Of a stretch of 64,000 nucleotides of DNA, positions 34,001-47,706 are shown piece by piece. Under the pieces are notes generated by a model, which ran no database searches, was not told the origin of the DNA, and saw nothing but the letters and a program-made list of their open reading frames with translations. The number at the start of each line of letters is the position of its first letter. Position 1 is the first letter of the stretch. The position numbers and the translations under genes are program-made. The DNA comes from Antechinus flavipes (Eukaryota), in assembly GCF_016432865.1 (NCBI RefSeq), contig NC_067404.1, forward strand, positions 10,664,001 to 10,728,000. Reading direction: 5' to 3'.

Positions 34001-37000
34001 CCTTCCCAGGGTCATTTTGGCAAAGAAATCTTAACATGAAAATGTGTCTTAATTGGTGTTTCAATAGCCCTTCAGGTTTTCAGGGTGGTTGGTAATAGTT
34101 TGCAAGTAATGAACCTGTCCCGGCTCTCGTCTGTCCGCTTCCTTCAGGGACCTTCAGGAGAATTAGAGCATCGGAGATTCCCTCATTTTACAGATGAGTA
34201 GTAAACTGAGGCAAAAAAAAACGGAGATGACTTACTTACTTCAGGTCCAAAATAGGATCCTTGACTTAGAGCCAGAAGAGACCTCAGAAGCCATTTAGGC
34301 CAACCCTCATTCATGTTACAGATGAGGAAACTGAGACCCACTTGGGGAAAGGGACTTGCCAGGCTGATCCAGCTACTAAGTGGCTGTAGTTGGGTTTTCA
34401 CCCAGATTCACTGCTCTTCCCAGTACCCCGCTTCAGCTATTCTCCTCCTTTAAGAGGCTGCCCCAGATTCCCTTCAGAGTGCCCAGTCTGCTGGACTTCT
34501 TGGAGGCAGGAGGCCCGGATTCTAATGTAGCTCTGCCTGGGCCCCACCTTTGTCCCCTTCTATCGGGAGCTGTTTCCTCTCTCAGCTGCTAAGAGGAAAG
34601 GCTTGTCTAAATCTTCAGGAAATGTGAGCTGTTTGTTAGTATTCCGGGCTCCCCAGGACTGGAGAGTGCATGTAATCAAAACAAAGAAACCTCTCGAGTA
34701 AGTTAGCTTGATTACTCGGGTTGAAAAGAACCAGACACAGGCCTCTGATGCCTTGGCTTGATTCCCCAGTAGAGGGAGGGTCTCCCCCGGAGAGGGAGGG
34801 TCTGCGCACTAACCTGACTTCAAAGCTTTTTGTCTGTGGCAGCAGCTCCTTACCCACTTCTTCCTTGGTTGTTTCCCTCCCCCACCTCACCGTCAGTACC
34901 TCACTCTTGGAGGAATCCAAAGCAACCAAACAGGCCGCCCCGAATTTGGAGAATTCAGCAGCTCTCGCCCCCACACCTTTCTTGTTCTCTAGGGGCACAA
35001 TGTACTCACCCGTGTTCCCTCCTGCCTTCCTGTCTTCACAAGCTCAGCTAATTAGGCTCAGGAAATCTTCTCCTATATGTACCGGCTTCCTTTCCTGCTG
35101 GTTCACTTAGATACCAGGATTCTTCGATGGCTGGGGCTTTGATTGGTGTGGGTACCCTCTCCACTGGGTCCCACCAAATCCCCACCATCGTTTCTCATTC
35201 TGTGATGCTTGCCCAGGGTTTTTGGGCATTTTTCCAAAGAAGATTCATCCAGTGTGTTTGAAACCTTTCCGGCTTCTTTTAATATTTTGTGGCTGTCAGT
35301 AAGGTGTGTGAGCTCGCTGTCTTTGATCCCTATCACTCATATCTCTCCGATCTGTCAGCCACTACCTTGGCACCGGTCCTCGGCCCTCTCAGCTGCGCTA
35401 TTGCAATATCCTGCCGGATGGTCCGCCTGCCCGTCTCTCTCCTCCCTCCTCTCCCATCCGTCGTCTAGCTACTGCTCTGCCAAAATGATTTTCCTAAAGC
35501 TCAGGTCAGATCGTGTCATTTCTTCCCCACCCCCCCACTCAATAAACTCCAAGGCTTCTCTCTGTCTCTCTCTCTCGGCATCTCTTTCTTCCTCCTCCCT
35601 CTCTTCTCTTTTCTATTTGCATCTCTCTCTGTCTCTCTCATATCTCTTTGTTCTCTCTCTATGTCTCCTCCTCCTTCCACGGATGACTCAGTGGAAGTGC
35701 CTGTCCCTTCTGTGTCATTTCCTAAGTTTTGCAGTTATCCCGGAGGCCTTCTTTTCTGCCCTTTTTGTTGTATAAGTCATCGCTGGCACCTGCTCCCAGT
35801 GACAGAGATGGCCCAGTGGGGAGGCTTGGTTTCCAGTCCTGGCCCTGACAACAGCTCATCTTCATCCTCAGCCTGTTTCTTCATGTGCAATAACCATTGT
35901 ACTCACCACACCGTGGCTTGGTGATTGTGGAGAACGTGTTCTGTGACCCTTCCTGCCCTCTAGAGATGGGAGCTGTTATTAAAAACACACACACATCTGC
36001 CATCTGTCTCCGCCTAGAATCGTGATTCTTCCGAGAATATGGTGTTCTATGATTCATAACCACAGAGCGTCCTCGGGAGAACATTGGTACTAAGGGATGG
36101 CTTGGGGGGCACCAAGCATCTCGGTTTCATTAAAATGTCTGCACACTTTCTTCAATATGATCTAGTCTTATCTCCTTTAAAAAAAATCGTCGCTATCTTC
36201 TGTTTTGACAGTCTTTCATTTCCTAGTCAGAGATCGCTCCCTTTCTCTGCCCCTCTCTCCCCATGCAGTCATCCCTTATCACAAAGAATATTTTAAAAGG
36301 GTGGGGGGCAGTTCAGCAAAACCCATCAACAAAACATATTAAGTGAGTCTGGGATATAAAATGTTCCATTGCCATAGTTCCCTTCCTTCTGCTAAGAAGG
36401 TGAATTTCTTGCTCTTTCTTCAGGACCCTGCTTGGCCGGATTCTGAGGTGGGTCTTTTTCCTGCCCCCACCCCTTCCTCCCCCACCCCCACCCCGCCTCC
36501 GTTCAATTCACATAGGCCTTCCCGTGATCCTTCTACTCAGCTCTGGGGTCAGCTCATTGTTCATGGGACTGGCGTTCTGGGCTAGTATGAAGGGGTTATT
36601 GGGAACCTGTGAGACTGGAAACTTTTGGAGGGCAGGAACTGTTTGCTATTTCCATTTTGTTTAACCTCCCCTCCCCTTCATCCATCCTCGGGCTCCCTCA
36701 CCAAACCCATCCCGTCCCCTAGCCCCTTGGTCTGTATAATCTAGGTACTTGATTGATATTTGTTAAAATTTGGCAAGCGCTCTGTAGAAGAGCTTGGGCA
36801 GATACTGAAGCTACAGAGACAAAAGTAGAAAGAGGAACTTCAATTCTACCGGAGGGTAGGCTGGGTTCAATCAATCCAGGGACAAGTAAATGGATAGAAA
36901 TTTGTGAAAGTGGGTGGGTGGGGCTCCTGGGCTGGCTCAGGAGGGAAGATTAGGATTCGGAATCACAAAGAAAGGGAGCGGTATAGGATGACCTCTGCCC

Positions 37001-37536
37001 CATGTGTGAAGGTGGGGGAGATGGAATATTGAGCTTGGGGGAACATCCCGATTGACTTAAGAGAGTGATAGCAAATATCTGAAAAGATCCGTGGCAGCTC
37101 GATTGTGCAGTATCTTAAGATTCAGTGCTGGACCAGCTTGTGTGTTATTATAGAGTATGGAATCATTGAAATGAGTGACACTAGGCCTGGGCTTTAGGGA
37201 GATTCTTTTGGAAGCTGGATGGAAGATGAAGAGCCAGGGGACCATTTAGGAGGGCAGCACGGTACTTCAGGCCAGAGGCGATAAGGATTTTAACTTGTTT
37301 AGTTATGTCAATCTGACTCTTTTTATGATCCCCTTTAAGGCTTGTTGGGCAAGGATACTGGAGTGGTTTGCCATGTCCTTCTCCTCATTTTACAGATAAG
37401 GAAACCAAGGCAGACAGGGTGAAGGGACACGCGCAGACACTCAGCAAGTGTCTGAGGCTGGATTTTTGAACTCATTACAATATTTCTGATTCCAAACCCA
37501 GAACTCCATCCATTGCAGTGCCATCTAGCTAGAGTC

Positions 37537-37585
37537 GGGTTAGGGTTAAGGGTTAGGGTTGGGTTGGGTTGGATTGCTTAGGGTT
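37537..37585 (+). repeat. Short degenerate interstitial telomeric (TTAGGG-like) repeat
   Basis: gggTTAGGGttaagggTTAGGGttgggttgggttggattgcTTAGGGtt. Confidence 0.75.
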
Positions 37586-39194
37586 GCTGTCAAGGTAGAA
37601 CGGTCTTTCAAAAAGCCTGGGTCGTTGGGTTTGGGCTGACTTCCAAGATGCCTTTGGAGTTCTGAAAAGGGCTCTGGCTGTCTGGCTCGTAGGGGATCAC
37701 AGGCCTCCTGTTCTGATATCCCACCACATTCATCATCATAATAACAATTCATTTTTTAATGATTTGGGGTTCACCAAGTGCTTTCCTCACAGTGACTCTG
37801 AGGTAGCTAGTGTGAGTGTCATTTCCATCTTGCAAATGGGAAAACAAGGTCACAAACTCTTTAGAGTCCTAGAGCTAGAAGAGATTGTCTCAGAGCTCAG
37901 ATAGTCCAACTCCCTGATTTTACAGAGGAGGAAACTGAGGCCTAGTGAGGGGAAGGGAATTTCTCAGAGTCACACAGCTAGTATAGGCTTGCTGACTGGG
38001 TCAGGTTTTAGAACTCCATACTACCTCTAAAGCAAAATAAGTTGCCCCAGTTCACAGAGTTTGTGATGGAGCCATGACTCATAAGCTGATTCTTCCTCAG
38101 GCATTTTATAGACATTTTTCTCACTGATCTCTTCCATCAACCCTAGGAGATAGGGTTACATTTTATACATTTATTTATAAAATTTCCACTTTATACATGA
38201 AGAAACTGAGGCTCCCCACTTAGAAATTTAGAACTGAATGGGACATTGGAGATCATTTCTTCCAACCCTTGTCATTTACAGAAGAGGAAACCAAGGGAAA
38301 GGAACTTGTTGCTGTTAGATTTACATATGTCTTATTTGGGAAAGGGTCTCTTAAGCGATCTGGACTAGAATCAGTTAACTGTGTATTAAGCACACTATTT
38401 GAAGACTCAGGCAACTGGGAGGAGGGGGCGGGGGTTGAGTTTCTGCTCTCCAGAGAAACAAAAATGTGAATAGATTAGGATCCCAAATGACTGGCACTGA
38501 ATGATAGAGAATTATGGGATTGGAATGGAAAGGCCCTTTCAGGCATCTCTAGTCCACCTCCCTCATTTTACAGAGAGAAAACTCAGGTCCAGAGAGCTTG
38601 CGACTCACACTGACAAATAAGTAGCAGAACTGGATTTCACTCCTCAGTCTTCTGATCTAAATCCAATTTAATTCTTCAAGATCAAACCTTGCATTTTAAG
38701 GTGACAAAGTCAAGGCCCAGAGAGTCTGGCTGATTAATTCTTGTGCAGTGCAGAGTGCTGACTTGAGTTCAAATTTAGCTTCTTCTACTTACTACCTTAG
38801 GGACATTGGGTAAATCCCTTCCACTCTCTAGGTCTCAGTATTTTGTTTTTCTTTCTATAAAATGGAAAGACACTAAGGTTCCTTTCTAGTTATAGTCCTA
38901 GAGTGCTTTGACCTCTATGTAAAGATTCCTCTTATAAAAAATGAGGGCCTCCAAAGTCCCTCCCAGCTCTAGAGCTAAGAGTCTGTATGTGTGATCCTGG
39001 GCAAGTCATTTTTCCTCCTTGGGCCTCAGTTTCTCTTTCTGTAAAATGAAGGGCTCTTATGTTTTCTTCTCATTCTAGATCTGGAATTCTATTCCATGAT
39101 AAAAAGGCAGAGTTGGAAGGCCTTAGAAGTCATTTATTTCAGCCAGCATTTTACAGGTTGTCATTATAGTCATCATTAGCAGGAACAGCAATAT

Positions 39195-39796
39195 TGATGG
39201 GGATGAACTCTGAAGCCGTGTCCCCTTTAAAATGTAAAAGAAGGGAGATTGGGAGTCTCAGGCCCTCCTCTGGGAAATCATATTTTCCCAGACAAGTTAA
39301 GTGGCTTCATTCAATAGAAGATCTTGGTCAAATGGAGGTTACCCTCCATTGATTTTTTGGTAGGGCTGGCCCAGATTTTCTTCAGGATTCAGTTGGAGAT
39401 CTGGGCCCTTCCTATTGAATGGCTTAAAACTCCCAAGATAAGTATTCTCTTTTCAGCTGGAAATCTAAGCTTGGGGGCATTGGCAACATTGAAGGAATCT
39501 CATTCAATGGAAGCCCTGGCCCCAAACTTCTATTAAAAAGACAACTCTAAAGCCCAGATCTTTGCAGAAATCCGAAGCAGGATTCTGCCTTGCCAAGGAA
39601 GCTCTCTTCTTGGCACAGCTGCCTTCCGGGACTCTTGCCCACTGTGAAGATACCCTCTTCTCAGGGATAACTTTTGTTACTTCTCTGACAGGACCTTGCC
39701 ACTGAGGAGTCTGTCTTCCTAGCAAAGCTGGCTTCTCAGTGCCAATAAAAATCCCTTTTGCCATTCGGACTTTTCGGGGTCGTGAATTCTTTCACA
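39195..39796 (+). mobile_element. Solo LTR (left boundary approximate)
   Basis: TATA-like ctattaaaaagac, polyA ccaataaaa and terminus ggggtcgtgaattctttcaca; homologous to the LTRs at 16955 and 24824. Confidence 0.7.
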
Positions 39797-40900
39797 TTGG
39801 ACCTGCGTGCTGACAGAGGGGATCCCCCACCCCGATTCTCACAGCTCCCTGCACTGCTCACTAATCGCATCAATATCAGCAAGCATTTAGTTTTTTAATA
39901 TTTAATTTTAATTTCTCCCAGTTACATGTAAAAAACATTTTTTATTCTACATGTACATTTATTTTATTTTTGCATCTTTATGAATCGTGTTAGGAGAGAA
40001 AAATCAGAATAAAAGGGAAAAACCATGAGGGGAAAAAAAGGTAAAAATAATGTGCTGATGTCTCCATTGTTTTCTTTCTGGACGGGAGTGGCGTTTTCCA
40101 TCCAAAATGTATTGGGTTTGTCTTGGATCTCTGAATCGCTGAGAAGAACCAAGTCTGGCATAGTTGATCATCCCGGGGTCCTCAGAAAGCATTTATTAAG
40201 TGCCTCTTGTCTGTCTGGCCTTGTGCTACCGGTAATGTAGCTGAGGTACAAAGAAAGACCAAATCTCAGATATTGCTCTCGAGGCGCTTCCAATCGAAAG
40301 GGGAGAGACCAGAGACAAACTACTCTGAAGAAACAAACTAGAACTAGGATCAAAAAGAAAGATGGATCTCATCCATCACTTAAACTAACCAGATTATTTG
40401 ACAGATGAGGCAAGTGAGGCAGGGGCAGGTGCTGTGACTTGTCACTTGGTTAGTGGGTAGTAAGACAACCATTTCATACTTCAAATCTAGTGTTCTTGTT
40501 AGAAAGCTTGAGTTCTCGGCCAGGTCTATCATATCCTTGATGGTTGGATGACCTTGAACACTTCGGTTCTCCTTGGCTGCCTTTGTTTGGATTCTTCATA
40601 TGTAAAATAGGGCTAATTGTGCCTGCACTCCAGGTCTCTTGGGAGCGTTATCAGACAAGCTCTTTGGAAATTGTGACTCTCAAGGACAATGCATTATTAA
40701 TAGGTTTTATTATAGCGTTACTACATGCAAAAATGTTATTATTTTTGCTCAGTACCTGGAATAATAACAGAGAGGCAGTCTTGAAATCAGGAAGATCTGA
40801 GTTCAGATCCTGCCAATGAATGACCCATGCTGGCAGTTTTGCTCTGGACAAGTCCCTCATGTCTCAGTACCCCTAGGAAGTTTGTTAAGACTGAGTTGGA

Positions 40901-41054
40901 GGGGGCAACTAGGTGGCGCAGTGGATAGAGCACCAGCCCTGAGGTCAGGAGGACCTGAGTTCCCATCTGACCTCAGATACTTAATACTTCTTGGCTGTGT
41001 GACCCCGGGCAAGTCACTTAGCCCCAATTGCCTCAGCAAAAAGATAAAAAATAA
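40901..41054 (+). mobile_element. WSINE1-like SINE with TSD
   Basis: A-box tggcgcagtgg, core and A tail, flanked by aagactgagtt / aagactaagtt. Confidence 0.88.
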
Positions 41055-42089
41055 AGACTAAGTTACAGGGCATTGGTGGAGGGCCTTTCCATTCTGGGAT
41101 GTCACTATTCCAACAGCATAGCTTGGGGACTGAAACAAAACCAATAAGACTACAGTAATAGCAGAAACCCTGGCCACCCCTAGGAAGCTGTGGCAGTCAG
41201 CGGCCAGGGCCGGCTTAGGTGGCAGCTCTAAACCGGTTCCCAGGGATCTGCCATTCTGGAGATGAGGCGAATTTGCATAATTAGCACTTGTGCAGGAGGA
41301 AGAAGAGAGAAGGAGAGGAAAGGAAGCAGCCACCCCCCCCTCCCCTCCCCAAGCAACAGCTCTTCTCTGATGAGGTCTGACATGTGGAGACAACACCCTG
41401 CCAACCACTCGGCTCCCTGGAACACTCAGCTGAGGAAGCGGGTTGTTTTAGAAGGTGAAAGTGATAGGGTGGGGGAGGGGAGAAGAAAAGGAGGAGGGGA
41501 AATGGGGAGGGAGGAGACCCAAGGGGGTCCGAGGAGAGATGCATTGTCAGCCTGGACATCCAGCAAAATAAAGTCTTTGAAGAGGAGCTGAGGCCTATCC
41601 CCTCATGGTCCTTTGAAAGATGACATGAAGGGCTCTTCTCCATGCTGTCCAGAGTCCTTCCCAAAGGACAGACAGCTTAAGCCATGAGCCACAGGCTCCA
41701 GAGAATTGTCAGCCAGACCTCAGTATTATTGGGAAGAATCTTCAAACCGGGTCCTGGCTTGGGTCACTCAGATGGGGTCCTGAGGGAAGGAGGAATGGGG
41801 GCTCAAGGGCTCCCTTCTGACTGGGTTGGGAGGAGGACCTGCTCCAGCCGTTGCTCTTCTCTGTGAGTCTCCATCTTCTCTGGTATAAAATGGAGGTAAT
41901 TGTAGTTATACTGATGGAAACTTGTTAAACTGGAGAAGGAAGTGCTTGTGGGTGAGCGATGATGCTGTCATCTGGCTGATGGGTCTGAGAAGACCCAGGG
42001 CGTCGGATGGAAAGTCAATAAGAGGGGGAGGTCGACCCCAACTTCAGCTAGAAAGAGTGCTGGATCAAGGGTCTTGACGTTGCTACCTG

Positions 42090-42320
42090 CCAACTCCGCG
42101 TGTGTTGTGTATATAGAGTGAACACATATATGTGTTGTGTATATATGGGATGTGTGTCACGTATGTACTCACAGTATGTTTTGTGCATGTATACACTGTT
42201 TTGTGTGCACCTATATTTGTGTATATATGCATAATGTACATATATTATGTGTGTGTTATGTGCATGTACCTTGTGTGTGCATGTACATAGCATGTACTGT
42301 ATGTAGTATGTATTGCTACA

Positions 42321-42365
<45 letters not shown>

Positions 42366-42375
42366 TATATATATT
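42090..42375. repeat. Degenerate (TG/TA/CA) alternating tract ending in (TG)n(TA)n
   Basis: About 290 bp of purine-pyrimidine alternation. Confidence 0.9.
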
Positions 42376-42904
42376 AATGAGTGATCTTGGGTAAGCCACA
42401 TCATTTTTCTGGGCTCATGTTCCCTCCTGCGTCAGCAGTGAGAACTGATTGAGGTGACAAATCTGAAAGCACTTAATGGGATGCCAAAAGTCCCTGTGAT
42501 TATGGCAGTAGCTGATGGCTACAGTGGGCGCAGGGAGCAGGGCTTTGGGCTATGGCTGCTCAATTGGTGTCTGCCTTGAAGCATGTGAGATGAGAGGAGG
42601 CCCTGGTCCGGATGCCCAGAGTTGTGCCCACACCACCTTCACAGACTCCTAGGTCTCCTAGACCTCTGAGGCCATCAAGATGAAACGGAGGCCTAGGGAG
42701 TTTCAGATCCTAGATCTAGAGCTGGAAAAGTTCTCAGAGGCTGTATCATTTAGTCCCCTCATTTTAAAGATGAAGAAGCGGATGCCCACAGAAAGGAAGG
42801 ACTTTGTCCAGGGTCCTAAAGCTAAGTAAGTATCTGAGATAGAATTTGAATCTGCCTCTTTCTGAGTCCATGTCAAGCCTCCAGTCCATTCCATCACACT
42901 GCCT

Positions 42905-43440
42905 TTCTTTTCTTTTTTTTTTTTTAATTAAAAAAACAGAATAAGAAAAATAGAAAAGGAATACAAAACAAAAGAGAACATTGTCATGTGCCCAGCAGAA
43001 CGTCAGAGAGGATTCAAAATATAGAAGAACAAATTACCAGTTCAAGAAAGAACATATATTAGTAGAAAAAAGTATATTCTGAGGGTCCATCTTTACTTCC
43101 TTATAAATTGTTATTTTGTTTTCTTACTTTATTCTTTTACCTCTTTTCATCCCCACTATGTCCAAACTGGCTATAGTTAAGAAAGGATATATTGATATCT
43201 ACATATTTAGTTACATACATACACATATATATCCCCACACAGAGACACACACACGTACCTTACCTATCCCTGCTGACCGTTTGCTTTACTTCTGCTTTGA
43301 ATTTGCCTTCTAATTACTTAGCCTCCCCCCACCACCATGAATCCTTCTCTTGTGTTCTTCCCTCACCCTTTGCTTCCCTATCCACCCATCCCTCCCCCCT
43401 TAATTTCTTTACAGATTTTGCAGGGTGCTATATGTCACAC
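42905..43440 (-). mobile_element. Older L1 3' UTR fragment
   Basis: Poly-T followed by 'aaacaaaagagaacattgtcatgtgcccagcagaac...', typical of older marsupial L1 3' ends. Confidence 0.6.
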
Positions 43441-45045
43441 TGCCTTTCTTACCTCACCCCCCTTTGTAACCACCTATAAAAGTCATAAGTGATGAGTCAA
43501 GGACTCTGGAGATCATCACTTCCAACCTTCCGTTTCCTAGGTTGGAAAAAACTGAGGTTCAGAGAGAAGTGGCCCCACATTATTCCAGGTAGCACAAAAG
43601 GAAACAGGGCTGGAGTTTGAACCAAAGGCTCTTGACTCCAAAGACAGTATTCCATCTCAGTGAATTTCTATTGGAAGGAAGCCAGGAAAGGAGAGAGCAT
43701 GTCATGCATGGCTTCAAATGGCAAAGTGAGGAGTTGGGAGGTTAGAAGAGCCCTGCTTCTGTGAGGTTCCAGTAGGGGAGTGACATGGTAAGCCCTGCAC
43801 TTCAAGAAAATCACCTTAGCATCCAGGCACGAGGTGGATTGTACCAGGTTGAGGCTTGATGAAGGAAGACTGCTCAGGAAGCACTTAGGATAATATACAA
43901 TGATGAGGGTCTAGACCAAGATGGTGATCCTGAGAGTGATGAAAGGATGTAGGATCAAAGGGTACGCAGTTTGATAATCCTTTGGGCAGAATCTCCAGAA
44001 TGACGAACTCGGAGATCCCTTTCATTTCTAGATTCCTGCTCCTATATGGACCTTGAGCAAAACCCTCTTCTTCTCCAGTTCCCAGTCAAGTGGAATTATG
44101 AAGTATTGACTCTGGTCCATATGAAATATTGCATGGTGTCTGGAGCAGTAGTTCTAAGAGTTCATGTCTTATTTTCCCAACAAGCAAACTCATGCTGGGG
44201 AGTGATTGGCTCTTCTGGGTTATTCAAGGCAGACTCTTGTTAGCATCAAGCTGATAAGGAGATCCTTGATAGTTCTTTGTTGAATCCAGTTCCTCCAGAT
44301 TATAGAATCATGAATTCTATCATGAAAGTCAAAGGCCTTTGAATCCAATCATTTTATGTCACAGTAGATGACACTGAGGCCCAGGGGAGGGAAAGGGACT
44401 TATCCCTCCCCACCCCCACCTCAGGTTCCATCACAGATCACAGATTTAGAGCTCGAGGGATTTTCAGAAGTCATTGAGAAGAACTGAGGAGGATTTTCTC
44501 AAGATCAGATGAGTGCCCAGCCAATGAGTGATCTCCATAGTCTACTTTCCTCCTCCCTGAGCATTTATTAATTGCTTACTTTGTGCCATGCTCCACGTTC
44601 AAAGACAAAAATAAGATAGGCCCTGAAAGAATTTACATGGAAGGGGGGATGGAAATCAAGGTGGGCAATATGGGCATATATCAATATATCCAAATTACAG
44701 AAAAAGAACTACCTGGCAGATGGGGGAGGGGGATTCACTAGCTCTGGGTGAATCTAGTATGGCTTCTAAGAGCTGAATGTGGTGTGTGATGGTCAGTCTA
44801 GTGAGACAGAAAATTGTGCAAAGGGCTGTAGCTGTAGCTGTAGCCAAAGTAAGTCTCAAATCCAGGTCTCCCAGGCCTTGGTGGAATGCTCTTTGATAGC
44901 CCCTAATTCCTTACTTAGTTCCTGTGACAATTTCTGAGATGGAGCACCAGCCCATCCTGAGTTCTGTCCTTTAGAGATGAAGTGCTCACTGATTGACGTG
45001 CCCCAAGGTAAATTTTTTTTCCCCTCTGCTTGGGGGAGGAGGGAG

Positions 45046-45047
<2 letters not shown>

Positions 45048-45091
<44 letters not shown>

Positions 45092-45130
45092 GGAGACCAC
45101 TTTCTGCTTGAAAAGCAATTTTAGAGAGAG

Positions 45131-45160
<30 letters not shown>
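45048..45160. repeat. Two (TG)n tracts around a 42-bp unique core
   Basis: (TG)n at about 45048-45088 and 45131-45158. Confidence 0.92.
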
Positions 45161-45161
<1 letters not shown>

Positions 45162-47284
45162 CCTGCGCGCGCCTTGTCCACAGGCTTAAGAAGCTCTGCA
45201 GGAGTGGGTCTTTCCACTGAGCTGAGGCCTTAATTATCTCCAGAAGAGAAAAATCCTTGGTGATTGAGAGAAAACAATGCCTTTTCAAACCTAATATAAT
45301 TGGAAAGGATGGAAAAACCCAGCTCTCTGAGCCTGACCTGGATGCAGTGGCTGTAGAGGGCATCACCAGGGCCGGGGTTGGTGGTGAGCATTAGTTGCAG
45401 AATTATTATTGAATTGTCTCGTAAGCTTCTGAATTGGGAAGAGAATCCCTGAAGGTACCTGCATGAAGAAAAGGGCTGGCACATAGTAGGTGATTCATAA
45501 ATGTCGATTGATTAATTGGAGGGAAATTGTGAGCTTGGGGCCTGTTATGTGGCAAGAGGGAGCCTGGAAACCAGGCTCTGATCCTGATTCAGTCCCTAGC
45601 TGTGTGGCCTTGAAGACAGGAATAAGGCTTTCTGTGTTTCACCTTTTTGTCTGGAAAATAAATGGGTTGGGCTAAGTAAGGCTTCTTGTCCTTTTGTGTT
45701 ATGGAATTGAATTAAGTGATTTAAAAATTCATTAAATTTAAATATGTAATTAAACACATTTCAAGGACTAGAGGTCTAGAGGCTTCCTGGGATCACCTTC
45801 TGGATCTGATATTCTGGACTCTATCTCTAAGAGTCTCTCTTCCCCTTGCTACTTGTGTGATCTTAGGCAAATTATTCTTTTTCAGGTCTGTTTCCTTCTC
45901 TGTAGAATGATATGTTGAAATTCAAGAAAGTTCCCAGAATCTTGTGACTTCATTGTCAGGAAGATGGGCGTTTGGGATCTAGCTGTTTTACCCAAGCCCT
46001 CAAATCATATCACTCAGGATCTGAATTGAGTGCAGGAAAGAATCTTAAAGATTATCTAGATTGAAAATGAGGCCTAGAAAGGGAAAATGTCTTGCCTAAA
46101 TTCACCTCTCTACTTGCTAACTGAGCTCAGGAAGGGGGAAGGGAATCCTAAGTTTCCCTGGTCATCTAGGGCTCCCCAGGGCCAGGGGCCAGGCTGGGAG
46201 GAGTTCAGAGGTGCTTGAATCCCATTTATTCCTGCAGTACATCCTACCATAAAGAGCCCTGGCTTTGGAGTTCTAAGACTAAAGTACTGGCTTTGACATT
46301 CCTTTCAGCACCTTGGACAAATGCCTGCTCCCTGCTCTGGTCCTCCTCTGTAAGATACAGGCTTGGCACAACCATATGGCACGCTAGAGAATTAAAGGAA
46401 GACCTTGTGACTGAGAACTAGTTCATGAAACCGGAGCCCAGACTGAAACTTTTTTGGGTACATCGCTAATGTGGGAATTTGTTTTGCTTAACTATACATG
46501 TTTGTAACAAGGATTTTTTTTTTCTTGTTTTCTCAGTTGTGGTTGGGAGAGTGGGGAAGGAAAGTGGGAAGATAAGAAGGCAGATAGGACTTTTTTTTTT
46601 TAATTTAAAAAGCAATACAGGAAGGCTTAAATAATTGAATAGCAATTCAGTAATCATAGACGTTTTCTCTGGCCGTCCTTCATGCCTGAAATACCCTCAT
46701 CTCCCTCTACAGGCTTCCCTTATTATTTAAATTTTCCTCTATTTCTTTTAAGTCCTAACTAAAAATCCCATCTTCTCCCTTTCCCAAGCCCACTGAATTG
46801 TAGAACCTTTTCTTATTAATTATTTCCTATTTATCTTGCATGTAGCTTGTTTGTACATAGTTTTTCGCTTGTTGTTTCCCTTATTATATTGTGAGCTATT
46901 TGAGAGCAGAGATGATCTCCTCTTTGTATTCCTAGTGCTAAACACAATGCTTAGCACATTGTAGGTGCTTAATGTTTTTCCTTTGACAGACTTACCTACT
47001 ATGTGAAGGAGGCTTCTACTGAAGCCGATAGAGTTCTGGACTTGGAATCAGGAAGACATATCTTCATGAGTTTAAATCCAGCCTTATATATTTAATAGCT
47101 GTATGACTCTGGTCAAGTCACTTAACTCTATTTGCCTCAGTTCCTCATTTGTTTAAAAAAAAAATGAAGAAGGAAATATGGTAAACCATTCCAGCATCCT
47201 TCCCAAGAAAATGGAGTCACAAAGAGTTAGACATGACTGAACAGTGACCACAAACCATGCAAATATAATAAATGTGAAATTAAT

Positions 47285-47690
47285 TATTTACAAATTCAGT
47301 ACCATATCAAACTACCATTTTAATCATCAAAGTAATATTTCATTGAATTAGACAAAATAGTTTTCTTCTGCTAAGAAAGCTGAAATCAGTTTGGTAGAAA
47401 TTAGGATTAGAAAAACATTGTGTGTGTGTGTACATACATATATAACTATAGATATACATGAGTATGTGTGTGCATACACCTGCATACCCAGCCCATGATA
47501 TTATATACTATCATGTCCAAGTAGATACATGCCATAAATATAAAAGACTGCATTATTTAAAACCATTTCTAACTTTAGCTAAGAGGGAAATTCTTAATTA
47601 AACTTATGGTTATTTAAATCTACAGTGGACAATATAGATTACATAAAATAAGAAAATTTCTACAACTTAAAAGGGGAAGTTAATTGGGAA
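47285..47690 (+). mobile_element. Old L1 ORF2 fragment
   Basis: 'caaattcagtaccatatcaaactacc...' and '...gattacataaaataag...aaggggaagttaattgggaaaaa' resemble L1 ORF2. Confidence 0.65.
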
Positions 47691-47706
47691 AAATCTGTAT
47701 TTTCCA

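Noticed and set aside
31500-36000. Further strong minus-strand donors (near 31538, 34888, 35009, 35907)
   Set aside because: No consistent acceptors or frame could be linked, and the number is within chance expectation.
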